This document shows, piece by piece, positions 1 to 8,330 of a stretch of DNA of 40,755 bases. This DNA comes from Methanosarcinales archaeon (GTDB lineage Archaea; Halobacteriota; Syntropharchaeia; Alkanophagales; Methanospirareceae): NCBI GenBank assembly GCA_025464275.1, contig JAODGR010000043.1:1-40755 (forward strand). Reading direction: 5' to 3'. The position numbers and the translations under genes were made by a program. Within the stretch, counting starts at the first letter, position 1; each line of letters opens with the position of its first letter. The notes under the pieces were generated by a model. It searched no databases, was not told the origin of the DNA, and worked only from the letters and a program-made list of their open reading frames with translations.

Positions 1-114
1 CTCGGTATGACCTTCATCATCATCTCTCATGACCGCGACTTTGTTTATATGGTATGCGATAGAGTGGCACACATGCAGAATGGGCGGGTAGTGAAGTTAG
101 AGGATTTGAGGTGA
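1..114 (+). CDS. atwA: 3' end of an ABC-type ATPase, probably methyl-coenzyme M reductase system component A2 (partial)
   Basis: Frame 1 reads LGMTFIIISHDRDFVYMVCDRVAHMQNGRVVKLEDLR*, containing the ABC H-loop (ISHD). It lies directly upstream of mcrC; the A2 identity is inferred from this context. Confidence 0.7.
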   Translation, partial: LGMTFIIISHDRDFVYMVCDRVAHMQNGRVVKLEDLR

Positions 115-128
115 GGATGCGCTCAGAT

Positions 129-160
129 ACAGGTACAGGTACAGGTAGAGGTACACAGGT
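129..160 (+). repeat. Hexamer tandem repeat (ACAGGT)x3, AGAGGT, then ACAGGT in the atwA-mcrC spacer
   Basis: Read directly from the sequence. Confidence 0.9.
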
Positions 161-175
161 GGATGGGGTGAGGTA

Positions 176-799
176 ATGCCAGTAGGAAGAGAGACTCAGC
201 TGGTGGTATGCAGGAAAGGTCAGGGGCTTGGATTGGGTGGCGGTATCGCACAGCGGGGCACATTCGCGAAGGCGATAAAGAACGACGTGATAAATATTGC
301 AATGTCACCGGGCTACAGGCATGTGCCGAAACCGGTGTGCGAGATAACCACAGAGTTGAGGGATAAGGGTATAGACGTAGGAGAGATAATACTGAATGCC
401 GGAGATGGTACACCCGCAGATGCACCTTCGGGTGGCGGGCACGGTGTGGCATTCGGACTGGAGCCGAGGGAGATAGAGATGATAGGGCGGCATAAGCTCG
501 CTCTCCTCAACCATGGCAACGTGAAGCAACACTTCATCTATAAGGTCCGATTCGTACTGACGAGGATAAACATACCCACTATTGTACTCTGCCAGTGCCC
601 GGTGGATTACGAGGATTTCGAGTCGATAGGGATAAGCACGAGATACAGGGAGGGGAAGACACAGGGTAAAGTTGTAGAGATCGTGAGCGGGATTGTGAGG
701 CATGAGAGTGTACCGCAGGACAAACTGAATGAGATAGTGAGCAAGGTGAAGAAGTGCCTGCGCGAGATTGAAGAGGGCAAGTTCGCTGCTGCTATGTAG
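176..799 (+). CDS. mcrC: Methyl-coenzyme M reductase operon protein C
   Basis: Motifs GRETQLVVCRKGQGLGLGGGIAQRGTF, MSPGYRHVPKPVCEIT, NAGDGTPADAP and CQCPVDYEDF match McrC. Confidence 0.92.
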   Translation: MPVGRETQLVVCRKGQGLGLGGGIAQRGTFAKAIKNDVINIAMSPGYRHVPKPVCEITTELRDKGIDVGEIILNAGDGTPADAPSGGGHGVAFGLEPREIEMIGRHKLALLNHGNVKQHFIYKVRFVLTRINIPTIVLCQCPVDYEDFESIGISTRYREGKTQGKVVEIVSGIVRHESVPQDKLNEIVSKVKKCLREIEEGKFAAAM

Positions 800-810
800 G
801 CGATTAGGCG

Positions 811-1746
811 ATGGAGCTGGACGAGTTACTGGGGATAGGAGCTGAGAACTTCACACTGGTGGAGAGCAGCTATGCAGAACAGCGCTGGATACCGAGGACT
901 ATTGATTACATGGGCAAGGTGAAGAGAGGGGATGTAGCGGAATTGATAAGGATACATGATGAGAGTGGTACACTCATTGGGATTGCAATATACGACAGGG
1001 AGCTGGGCTTCTGGGTTATATTCACCGATTTCATCGCCGAACGAAGGAGAATGGAGGAATTCAATGCCCTTGCTGATGCTATGAGCGGTGATAAGGAGCG
1101 TGAGGTGGAGGTAAATGGCATGGCTTTTCGGTCTGGTGTGATGGAGTTCTATTCCATCGCACTGGTGAACCGTGTATTCTGCAATTGCAATGTAAAGGAG
1201 CCGGGTTTCTATCCCCGTGACAGGGTAGAGGCATTGAAGAAGTTGCTGAATGCGCTTGCGAGCGAAGGGGAGATAGGAGAAGGGGCTCTTTGGGGTGACA
1301 CCATCGAGATTGGCTGTGGTGCCGGTGAAGCGACAGTGGCATTGCATGAACTTGGTATCTCTCCCATCACTGTGGATGTGAACAAATGTGAGATATGCAG
1401 GGGTCTGGAGGAAGGAGTACTTTACCCGGAGAGGAGTGTTGTTCTTGACTGCTCCCTCCTCTCCTCCTTCTTCAGCCGCGAATTCGACCTCGCATTTGGG
1501 TTTATGGTGGGTAAACTAACGCCTTACGAGCTCTTCAACTGGGAGAAGGTCTTGAGAGAGGTACCAAAGGTGCTGAGAGGAGGCGGGAAAGTACTCCTCA
1601 CCGTCTCGAGTGAGGATGAAGCCATGCTCCTGGAGAATATATTGAAGGATGAGTTCGAGGGCGAGATAAAGGAGAACAGTGAGAGTAACGGATATTTTGA
1701 CCGCTGGATCTATACCGGTACGCTGCGACAGCAGAGCACCGAATAA
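811..1746 (+). CDS. Class I SAM-dependent methyltransferase, unknown substrate
   Basis: Motif I IEIGCGAG followed by the acidic strand ITVDVNK, and KVLRGGGKVLL near the C-terminus. Starts 11 bp after mcrC. Confidence 0.75.
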   Translation: MELDELLGIGAENFTLVESSYAEQRWIPRTIDYMGKVKRGDVAELIRIHDESGTLIGIAIYDRELGFWVIFTDFIAERRRMEEFNALADAMSGDKEREVEVNGMAFRSGVMEFYSIALVNRVFCNCNVKEPGFYPRDRVEALKKLLNALASEGEIGEGALWGDTIEIGCGAGEATVALHELGISPITVDVNKCEICRGLEEGVLYPERSVVLDCSLLSSFFSREFDLAFGFMVGKLTPYELFNWEKVLREVPKVLRGGGKVLLTVSSEDEAMLLENILKDEFEGEIKENSESNGYFDRWIYTGTLRQQSTE

Positions 1747-1796
1747 GAATAAGATAAGATAAAAGAAGAAGGGAGAAATAAAGAGATAGAAGGAAC

Positions 1797-2105
1797 TTAT
1801 TTTCGGTATTTACCCAGTATCTGCTCACGCCGCTTCGTACGCCATTCCTCCAGATGTGAGATCCACTCTTCGTGCCTCTTATATATATATTCCTTCGCAG
1901 CCAGCAACTTATCGGGTGAATCACCCCGCAGTATCATCCGGGGTACATAATCCCGAATGGGGAAACCAGTACGTGGGTCAAAGGCATCCTCAGATGAGGC
2001 TTCCTCCTGCGTCACCTCCAGTCCGAATTTCTCCGCTGCCTCGAATACTATACCCGTAGTTATACCACGGGGAATGGGTAAAGCATACTTCCGCTCACGC
2101 TCCAT
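1797..2105 (-). CDS. Hypothetical protein (102 aa)
   Basis: Composition matches neighbouring genes; TAATG overlap with the upstream gene. Confidence 0.7.
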   Translation of the reverse strand: MERERKYALPIPRGITTGIVFEAAEKFGLEVTQEEASSEDAFDPRTGFPIRDYVPRMILRGDSPDKLLAAKEYIYKRHEEWISHLEEWRTKRREQILGKYRK

Positions 2106-2350
2106 TAGCCTGCACCACCCCCCTCTCCGGGCATGCTTAAAGCGCCAAATTCATCCGCTTCCTCCTCTGCATAACACTCCAGACAGAGGATACGCCCGGC
2201 TATCTCCAGATATTCATCCACTTCCTTCCCACACTTCGAGCACCGTATCTTCTTCACCGACCTTCCACCTTCCTCCTTATCTGCCTTCGCCGCTTCTCGC
2301 GCCATCCACCTATTCCTTCTCTCCTCCGCCGTCTCTTCTCTCTCTACCAT
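2105..2350 (-). CDS. Small zinc-finger protein (CSKC...CLEC)
   Basis: Two CxxC motifs. Start placed at MVEREE (2350), after an AGAGGAGAGG Shine-Dalgarno-like sequence. Confidence 0.7.
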   Translation of the reverse strand: MVEREETAEERRNRWMAREAAKADKEEGGRSVKKIRCSKCGKEVDEYLEIAGRILCLECYAEEEADEFGALSMPGEGGGAG

Positions 2351-2407
2351 TTCCTCTCCTCTATTATTAAATAGATATTCTGTCAGTATATAAAGGATGG
2401 TGAAAAG

Positions 2408-3637
2408 ATGGAGATAAAACTCAGGCGGAGACCAAAGAGGTACTTCTTCGATTCGCATCGCACATTAACACCGGAGGAGACCCTGAGAATGGTGGAAGGG
2501 CTAACCGAGAAGGTGGGTATAACCGAGATGGTGGAGATCTCCGGGCTGGATAAGCTCAATATAAATATACCTGTATACTCGGCACGCAGACCCGGTGCGA
2601 AGGCAGGAGCAGTGAATGTTCATGCAGGTAAAGGTCTAACGGAGGAGCAGGCGAAGGTATCGGTGCTTATGGAGGCAATAGAGCGCTATTCCGCAGAGTT
2701 AAAGGCGGAAGACCGTGCTAAATTCCTGTTCGAATCGTATAACGAAGGAGAAAGAGTGGAGGGGGTGGAGAAGCTGGAACCATCATCACTTATATTGAGT
2801 GCAATCTCAGGCGTGGGACCCGATACCAAGATAGAGTGGTGTGTGGGTTACGACCTCATGATGGAGAGTGAGGTGCTCCTGCCTGCAAATGCCGTTTATC
2901 ACCCCTACATCACGAACAGAGGTGGAAGGCTCTTCAGGAGTGACAGTAATGGTATAGCCACGGGTAACAACCTGGAGGAGGCGATATTCCACGGCATAAT
3001 GGAAGTGATAGAAAGAGATGCACTGAGTTATGTGGAGATAAGAAAGGATGCAGGTAGAAGGATAGAGATAGAAGAAGAAGATGGATTGATATTCGAGCTT
3101 AAAGAGAGGTTCAATTCCCGGGGCATCGAAACCCATTTCTGGTATATCCCCACGGATGCCGGGTTCACCACCGTTGCTTTAGCTCTGGATACACCAGAGA
3201 GGGACCCGAATCTACTCGTTTATGGCGCCGGTACACACAGTGACCCGCGGATTGCAGCGATAAGGGCGATAACAGAGGCTGCACAGTCCAGACTCATGCA
3301 GATAGCGCAGCGGCAGCTAAAGGCAGGGGCAACGGGCACACCCACACCCACACCCTCCCCTCTGGATTACGAGACGGTGAAAAGAATGAACAGGCACTGG
3401 TTTGATACCGGCAAAGAGGGTGAAGGGGTGAGCCTGAGCGAACTTCCCAGCCTCGCAACTGATACGATAGATGGTGATATAAAGATAGCACTTCAGCGGC
3501 TGAAGGCGATAGGTAGGCGGGTGATTGTGGCTGACCTGACGCGTGAAGAGATTGGCATACCGGTGGTGAGGGTGGTGATACCCGGATTCGAGGTATATGC
3601 CAGGAATCCAGAGAGACTGGGATTCAGGTACAGATAG
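2408..3637 (+). CDS. ycaO: YcaO-family McrA glycine thioamidation protein (methanogenesis marker 1)
   Basis: Motifs GKG...SVLMEAIERYS, SNGIATGN, EVIERDA, EAAQSR and IPVVRVVIPGFE; methanogen-type C-terminus PERLG; close to mcrC. Confidence 0.92.
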   Translation: MEIKLRRRPKRYFFDSHRTLTPEETLRMVEGLTEKVGITEMVEISGLDKLNINIPVYSARRPGAKAGAVNVHAGKGLTEEQAKVSVLMEAIERYSAELKAEDRAKFLFESYNEGERVEGVEKLEPSSLILSAISGVGPDTKIEWCVGYDLMMESEVLLPANAVYHPYITNRGGRLFRSDSNGIATGNNLEEAIFHGIMEVIERDALSYVEIRKDAGRRIEIEEEDGLIFELKERFNSRGIETHFWYIPTDAGFTTVALALDTPERDPNLLVYGAGTHSDPRIAAIRAITEAAQSRLMQIAQRQLKAGATGTPTPTPSPLDYETVKRMNRHWFDTGKEGEGVSLSELPSLATDTIDGDIKIALQRLKAIGRRVIVADLTREEIGIPVVRVVIPGFEVYARNPERLGFRYR

Positions 3638-3680
3638 TAATAGCATAGCGGAGAAAGGTCATAAGATTTAACATCTATTT

Positions 3681-3733
3681 AATATTTCAGCTTCTCAAAA
3701 CTGGAATATTCAAAAAAATAGAAAAATTTAAAT
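3681..3733 (+). promoter_or_regulatory. Inverted repeat (AATATTTCAG-N10-CTGGAATATT) followed by BRE/TATA-like GAAAAATTTAAAT
   Basis: Arms match at 9 of 10 bp (3681-3710). The TATA-like element ends about 33 bp before the ATG at 3766. Confidence 0.5.
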
Positions 3734-3765
3734 GTTCATACGCCAAAATACCAGTGGTGGTAAAA

Positions 3766-4029
3766 ATGGCGGAAGGGATTTGTTATGTCTGCAATCAAAC
3801 ATTCACCGCTGCGAGCAGAGATGCACTGGTGGATAAGATAGTGGAGCATATAATGACCTCACATCACGGCTGGGTATGGGGCGATGCCATGCAGGCGAAG
3901 AACGTCTTTGACAAATGCCCGGTATGTGGCGCCTCACTTGGTAAACTCGTTGCAAAATGCCCTAACTGCGGCGCTGACCTCGTGGAGCAATTTGCGAGGA
4001 AGGTGACCATGGGGTATGTAAAGGGTTAA
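3766..4029 (+). CDS. Small multi-zinc-binding protein (C2H2-like motif plus double zinc ribbon)
   Basis: CYVC...EHIMTSH, then CPVC and CPNC; has its own promoter-like element and a downstream T-tract. Confidence 0.8.
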   Translation: MAEGICYVCNQTFTAASRDALVDKIVEHIMTSHHGWVWGDAMQAKNVFDKCPVCGASLGKLVAKCPNCGADLVEQFARKVTMGYVKG

Positions 4030-4038
4030 AAAACCCCA

Positions 4039-4052
4039 TCTTTTTCTTTTTT
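4039..4052 (+). terminator. Oligo-T archaeal terminator candidate
   Basis: TCTTTTTCTTTTTT just after the stop at 4029. Confidence 0.5.
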
Positions 4053-4122
4053 CCCTCATCTCCCGGTTTCTATCTCTATCCTCAGTCCATGAAGGGGAAA
4101 CATGATTCTATACCAGGGGCAA

Positions 4123-4150
4123 CAATAATTTCCCTTATGGGAAAGTATTG
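4123..4150. promoter_or_regulatory. Palindromic operator candidate CAATA-A-TTTCCC-TTAT-GGGAAA-G-TATTG
   Basis: 12-bp arms with one mismatch, upstream of an HTH regulator gene; a related site occurs at 13804-13819. Confidence 0.55.
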
Positions 4151-4212
4151 GTAAAAAAGCGAAAGAGATAAAAAGAGGACTCGATATACAGATGCCGTTG
4201 TGGAGTGGAGAG

Positions 4213-4521
4213 ATGAAGATCGAGGATGAGCTGATAAAGGAACTGCATGTGCTCCTGCACCCGATAAGATTCAGGATTGTGGAGCTACTGGGAGAGAGGG
4301 AGATGCATATAAACGAGATAAGCAACGCACTCGGTGAGGAGCGGAGACTCGTATCTTATCACTTACTCACTCTGGAAGAGCACGGGTTCCTGGATAGCAG
4401 ATATGAGATCTCTGAACTGCCGAGGTCGAAGGGTAAGGCGGTGAGGAAATATCGTGTCACGGGTAAAGTGGAGGAGGTGCTCACGGAGTTCAAGAGTGGA
4501 TTCCACCATATCCAGAGGTGA
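4213..4521 (+). CDS. ArsR-like winged HTH transcriptional regulator (copy 1)
   Basis: LLHPIRFRIVELL...HINEISNALG...LVSYHLLTLEEHGFL. Start chosen by alignment with the paralog at 15389. Confidence 0.88.
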   Translation: MKIEDELIKELHVLLHPIRFRIVELLGEREMHINEISNALGEERRLVSYHLLTLEEHGFLDSRYEISELPRSKGKAVRKYRVTGKVEEVLTEFKSGFHHIQR

Positions 4522-4610
4522 AAGTGAAATAATCTTCTCCTCTTGAACTGAAGTTCTAACCAAAAACGGAAGTTTTATCTATTAATAAGGATAATATATT
4601 CTTAAAGAGA

Positions 4611-5525
4611 ATGGATGAGAGACCGAAGAAGTGCCCGGAATGTGGCTCCACTAACCTGATCACGGACCCCAAGCACGCTGAGGTCTATTGCGCTGACTGT
4701 GGGGTGGTGATAGCGGAGAATCTCGTGGACCTTGGACCCGAATGGCGCTCCTACGATGATGAGCAGGCATCGAAGCGAATCAGAACAGGTCCACCCATGA
4801 GTTACAGGATTCACAATAAAGGGCTGAGTACACCCGCACCCGAGGCATTCGCGCGCACAAGGAGATTGAGGGGGATAATAAGTATGGATAGCAGTGAGAA
4901 GATACTCTCATTCGCACTCGGGGAGATAGACAGGATGGCGAGCGCGCTTAAACTGCCACCAGAGATTCGTGAGGAGACCGCGGTATTGTACCGCCGGGCG
5001 GCGAAGCAGAACCTGATAAAGGGGCGGAGTATAGAGGAGCTGGTCTCTGCGATGCTCTACATCACCTGCCGGCAGTATGGTGTACCGCGAACGCTGAAGG
5101 AGATAGCAGAGTTCTCAAGAATGCCACTACGGAAGATAAGAAGGGCTTACATCTTCCTCCTCCGCAAACTCGAGATTAAACTCGCACCCGCAGACCCCGC
5201 GCAGTATGTGCCCCGATTCTGCTCTGAGCTGGGGTTGAGTGATGCGATAAGGGAGAGGGCGATAGAGATATTGAAGAGGGGGGAGGGGGCAGGTACCGCG
5301 AAGGGCTGGGGTCCCACTGGCACGGCTGCGGCTGCGATATACCTCGCTGCTAATTTGAGTGGTACCTCGGTCGCGGAGAAGGAGATAGCAAAAGTCGCGG
5401 GTACAACCCCGATCACCATCCGGAACAGGTGTAAGGAGCTTGAGGAGAAGCTGAAGCTGGATAACGATATAGATACGGATATACTCTCACATCCGCATCA
5501 GAAGGGTGTTTACTTCGTGATATGA
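4611..5525 (+). CDS. tfb: Transcription initiation factor IIB (TFB), divergent paralog
   Basis: Zn ribbon CPECG...CADCG, B-reader DLGPEWRSY, two cyclin repeats (LIKGRSIE, PRTLKEIA, TIRNR). Confidence 0.93.
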   Translation: MDERPKKCPECGSTNLITDPKHAEVYCADCGVVIAENLVDLGPEWRSYDDEQASKRIRTGPPMSYRIHNKGLSTPAPEAFARTRRLRGIISMDSSEKILSFALGEIDRMASALKLPPEIREETAVLYRRAAKQNLIKGRSIEELVSAMLYITCRQYGVPRTLKEIAEFSRMPLRKIRRAYIFLLRKLEIKLAPADPAQYVPRFCSELGLSDAIRERAIEILKRGEGAGTAKGWGPTGTAAAAIYLAANLSGTSVAEKEIAKVAGTTPITIRNRCKELEEKLKLDNDIDTDILSHPHQKGVYFVI

Positions 5526-5547
5526 TATAAAGATGAGATAGAGTTAG

Positions 5548-6699
5548 ATGGAATCACACATATATCATGCTCTTGGCTTGCACATGCATCAGCCTCCCGG
5601 TAATATAGAACTGCTTCTCCGGACGAACGAGTGGGAGGCGAGGCAGATATTACTGTGCTACGAGCGCCCTCTGCGATATGCCAGGGAATACGAGGACGTG
5701 GCACGGCTTCATCTTGGCTTCTCCGGCACTCTACTGGAGCAACTCTGCAGCACGGATATGGGAGACAGGCTATCTGCTCTGATAGGAGCAGACCTGGAAG
5801 GGGTAATGCGTGAGTATCCCGGAGCGAAGGGGATAGAATTCCTCGGCATGGGCTATTATCATCCCCTCTTCCCCCTGATACCCAGGGAGGACTGGAAACC
5901 GCAGATAGAGCGATGGAAGCAGCAGGCAGAATCTCTTGGTCTCCACGCGCCCGGATTCTGGCCACCGGAGATGGGCTTCTGCATGGAGATGATACCCGTG
6001 CTGAAGGATACGGGATTTGAATATGTGGTCGTCGATGGTGTACATGTAAAGCCGAGGAGAGAGGGGATGCGGAGGGAGGATATAATATACAAGCCGCATA
6101 TTGCTGAATACGACTCCGCGGAGATTGTGGTAATCCCGAGGGACAGGGATATGAGTAACGCACAGGAGAGCGGGCTTGACCCTGGCTGGTTTAAACATGA
6201 AGTCATGCATAAGACGGAGAGATGCAGGGGGAATTGCCTTCTGACCACCTGGTCGGATGGGGAGAACGGTGGATGGTTCAGACAGATGCACGAGCCGTCG
6301 GGTTTCTGGGGACATTTCTTCGCTCCTTACATGGAGGAAGTACGAAGAGGCGATTGCCCCATTATTCCGATAAAGATAAGTGAGTTCATAGAGGAGAATC
6401 CACCCTCAACCTATGTGGATGTCCAGACAGGCGCCTGGAATGTAGCCACTACAAGTGGCTATGATTTCAGCCAGTGGGAGGGTACAGAGAAGCAACGGGC
6501 GGGTATAGAAGAGCTATGGGCAACGAGCAGGGAGTATCATGAGCTCGGCAGAAGGATTCCCGAAGTGGAGGAGCACATCCTGAGGGCTGAGACGAGCTGC
6601 AATCTCTTCTGGGGTGATGCATGGGTACACAGGATATACGAGGATACACGGGCTGCGAAGGAGTTGATGCGAGCGCTCAAATCGAGCTTGAAGAAATGA
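5548..6699 (+). CDS. Glycoside hydrolase family 57 protein (alpha-glucan active)
   Basis: GH57 conserved regions HMHQP, YYHPLFPLI, GFWPPEMGF (nucleophile Glu) and SDGEN (acid/base Asp). Confidence 0.88.
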   Translation: MESHIYHALGLHMHQPPGNIELLLRTNEWEARQILLCYERPLRYAREYEDVARLHLGFSGTLLEQLCSTDMGDRLSALIGADLEGVMREYPGAKGIEFLGMGYYHPLFPLIPREDWKPQIERWKQQAESLGLHAPGFWPPEMGFCMEMIPVLKDTGFEYVVVDGVHVKPRREGMRREDIIYKPHIAEYDSAEIVVIPRDRDMSNAQESGLDPGWFKHEVMHKTERCRGNCLLTTWSDGENGGWFRQMHEPSGFWGHFFAPYMEEVRRGDCPIIPIKISEFIEENPPSTYVDVQTGAWNVATTSGYDFSQWEGTEKQRAGIEELWATSREYHELGRRIPEVEEHILRAETSCNLFWGDAWVHRIYEDTRAAKELMRALKSSLKK

Positions 6700-6713
6700 A
6701 TAATGAATTGAAG

Positions 6714-6971
6714 TTAGAGTTCTTCCCTGACCATCTTCACCATCGCCTGTGCCACCCGTGCATTCAGCAGATAATCATCCAGGGTTGCTATCAGCGTTCC
6801 TATTCTGGGCGCCTCAAGGTAGGTGTAGGTGGTGCTCACTGTACCATCAGCCCCTTCACCCTCGATACTGGTATCGGTGTTGATATTGATATTGATATTG
6901 TCAGGCATCAGAGCATTTACTATCAGGGCGGCGTCTTCACTTCTCACCCTTATCCTCGCTCTCAGTCTCAT
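6714..6971 (-). CDS. pcc1: KEOPS complex subunit Pcc1
   Basis: 85 aa with ALMPDN and TLIATLDDYLLNARVA, resembling archaeal Pcc1. Confidence 0.75.
   Translation of the reverse strand: MRLRARIRVRSEDAALIVNALMPDNINININTDTSIEGEGADGTVSTTYTYLEAPRIGTLIATLDDYLLNARVAQAMVKMVREEL
6880..6900. repeat. (TTGATA)x3.5 inside pcc1, encoding NINININ
   Basis: Read directly from the sequence. Confidence 0.9.
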
Positions 6972-6996
6972 CTCATATCCTCATATTCATATTATA

Positions 6997-7422
6997 CTAT
7001 TCCGGGGGAGGGGAATAGAACTTTGTAACACACGCCGGGTTTCTCGTTAGTATATTCCTGACAGAAACAATGCCAACGAGCTTGTCATCATCGATCACCG
7101 GCAGCCTTCTTATACCCTTCTCTGCCAGTATCTCACATGCCTTCTCCACCGATGTGGTGGGTTCTACGGTTATCAGAGGGGAGGACATTATCTCCTTCGC
7201 TCTCACCTCTCTGGGTATCCTGTCCTTCATCTTCATCGTGAGCTTCAATGCTATATCACGGTCTGTTATTATACCCACCGGCTTACCATCTCTTGTGATC
7301 ACCACACTGCCCACACCTGACAGTTCCATATCCTTCGATATCTGAGTCACCGGCGTATCCTCTTCCGCGGTTATCACCTTCGGTGTCATTATATCCCCCA
7401 CTTCCAGCATCTCCATCGCCAT
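6997..7422 (-). CDS. CBS-domain pair protein
   Basis: VGDIMTPKVIT, GIITDRDI, IMSSPLITV, IRRLPV, VGIVS. Confidence 0.92.
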   Translation of the reverse strand: MAMEMLEVGDIMTPKVITAEEDTPVTQISKDMELSGVGSVVITRDGKPVGIITDRDIALKLTMKMKDRIPREVRAKEIMSSPLITVEPTTSVEKACEILAEKGIRRLPVIDDDKLVGIVSVRNILTRNPACVTKFYSPPPE

Positions 7423-7526
7423 TTATTCTTTCACCTCTTTCACCATTCTGTTCTGTTCTCTCTCTCCTTTAATCCCGGAGTATAAATAGTATAAATAAAT
7501 CTTTCGTTTTTGTTCCCCTCACGGTC

Positions 7527-8315
7527 TCATGGGCGGGTCCTCTTGAAAGGTAAGCGGAGCTCCTTACCCGTGCCATGCCGGTAATCGCGGAACCAGAATA
7601 CACCGGATGCGAAGCTGGAAATTGACTGCCGCTTCCTCCAGTGTGTGATATGCCTCAATCTCCTCAGCACCGTCTCCAGCCTCTTCCGGTGCTCAGCCCT
7701 TGAGGGCTCGCCCAGATGATTATAAAGCTCCTCGAATCTCTCATATACCTCTCTGAGCTCTTTATCATCGGTATAAAAGTTCACAAGCTCCTCCAGTTCA
7801 TCATGTACCTCCTTCACCCGCTCCTTGTAGTGGTCTATCTCATTCATCATGAAGAACGCTTCACCCTCACTCAAAGCTCGTTCAAGCCGGTCAAGTGTCC
7901 ATCCGCTGGCTAACACCCGCACCCGGGGATAGACCCGCCGGGCACACTCTGGCTCATGGGATAATACGTTTCTCAGGCTGACAATACCCACCAGTATGCC
8001 ATTTTCAACCACCGGCAGCCTCTTTATCTGCTTCTTCGCAAGAAGTTCACACGCATCACTCAATGACCTCTCCGGGTCAATGGTTATCAGGGGTGAGGAC
8101 ATTATCTCTTTTGCTTTTACCTCACCAGCCCTCCTGTCTTTTAGAATGATCTTCAATGCCACGTCACGCTCGGTAATAATACCCGCTGGATTGCCTCCTG
8201 AGGTGATCACTACACTGCCGATACCCAGCTCTGCCATGTCCTTCACTACCTCTCTTACGGGTGTATCTTCATCCTCGGTTATTATGGGTGTGCTCATTAT
8301 ATCGCGTACTTTCAT
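7527..8315 (-). CDS. CBS-domain pair protein with a C-terminal helical extension
   Basis: N-terminal CBS pair similar to the neighbouring gene, plus about 130 aa of charged sequence. Confidence 0.88.
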   Translation of the reverse strand: MKVRDIMSTPIITEDEDTPVREVVKDMAELGIGSVVITSGGNPAGIITERDVALKIILKDRRAGEVKAKEIMSSPLITIDPERSLSDACELLAKKQIKRLPVVENGILVGIVSLRNVLSHEPECARRVYPRVRVLASGWTLDRLERALSEGEAFFMMNEIDHYKERVKEVHDELEELVNFYTDDKELREVYERFEELYNHLGEPSRAEHRKRLETVLRRLRHITHWRKRQSISSFASGVFWFRDYRHGTGKELRLPFKRTRP

Positions 8316-8330
8316 CTCCCCTTTACCTCG

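Noticed and set aside
797..810. Pyrrolysine-type read-through of the mcrC TAG into the methyltransferase
   Set aside because: The downstream gene is in a different frame, and McrC appears complete at the stop.
2351..2458. N-terminal extension of ORF 2105..2458
   Set aside because: It crosses the AT-rich divergent promoter and overlaps the ycaO start; the ATG at 2350 has a good SD-like sequence.
4545..4573. GAACTGAAG...CGGAAGT similarity between the tfb upstream region and the minus strand near 9320-9345
   Set aside because: Short, with different spacing, and the second copy is part of a CAGTTCTT tandem repeat; could be chance.
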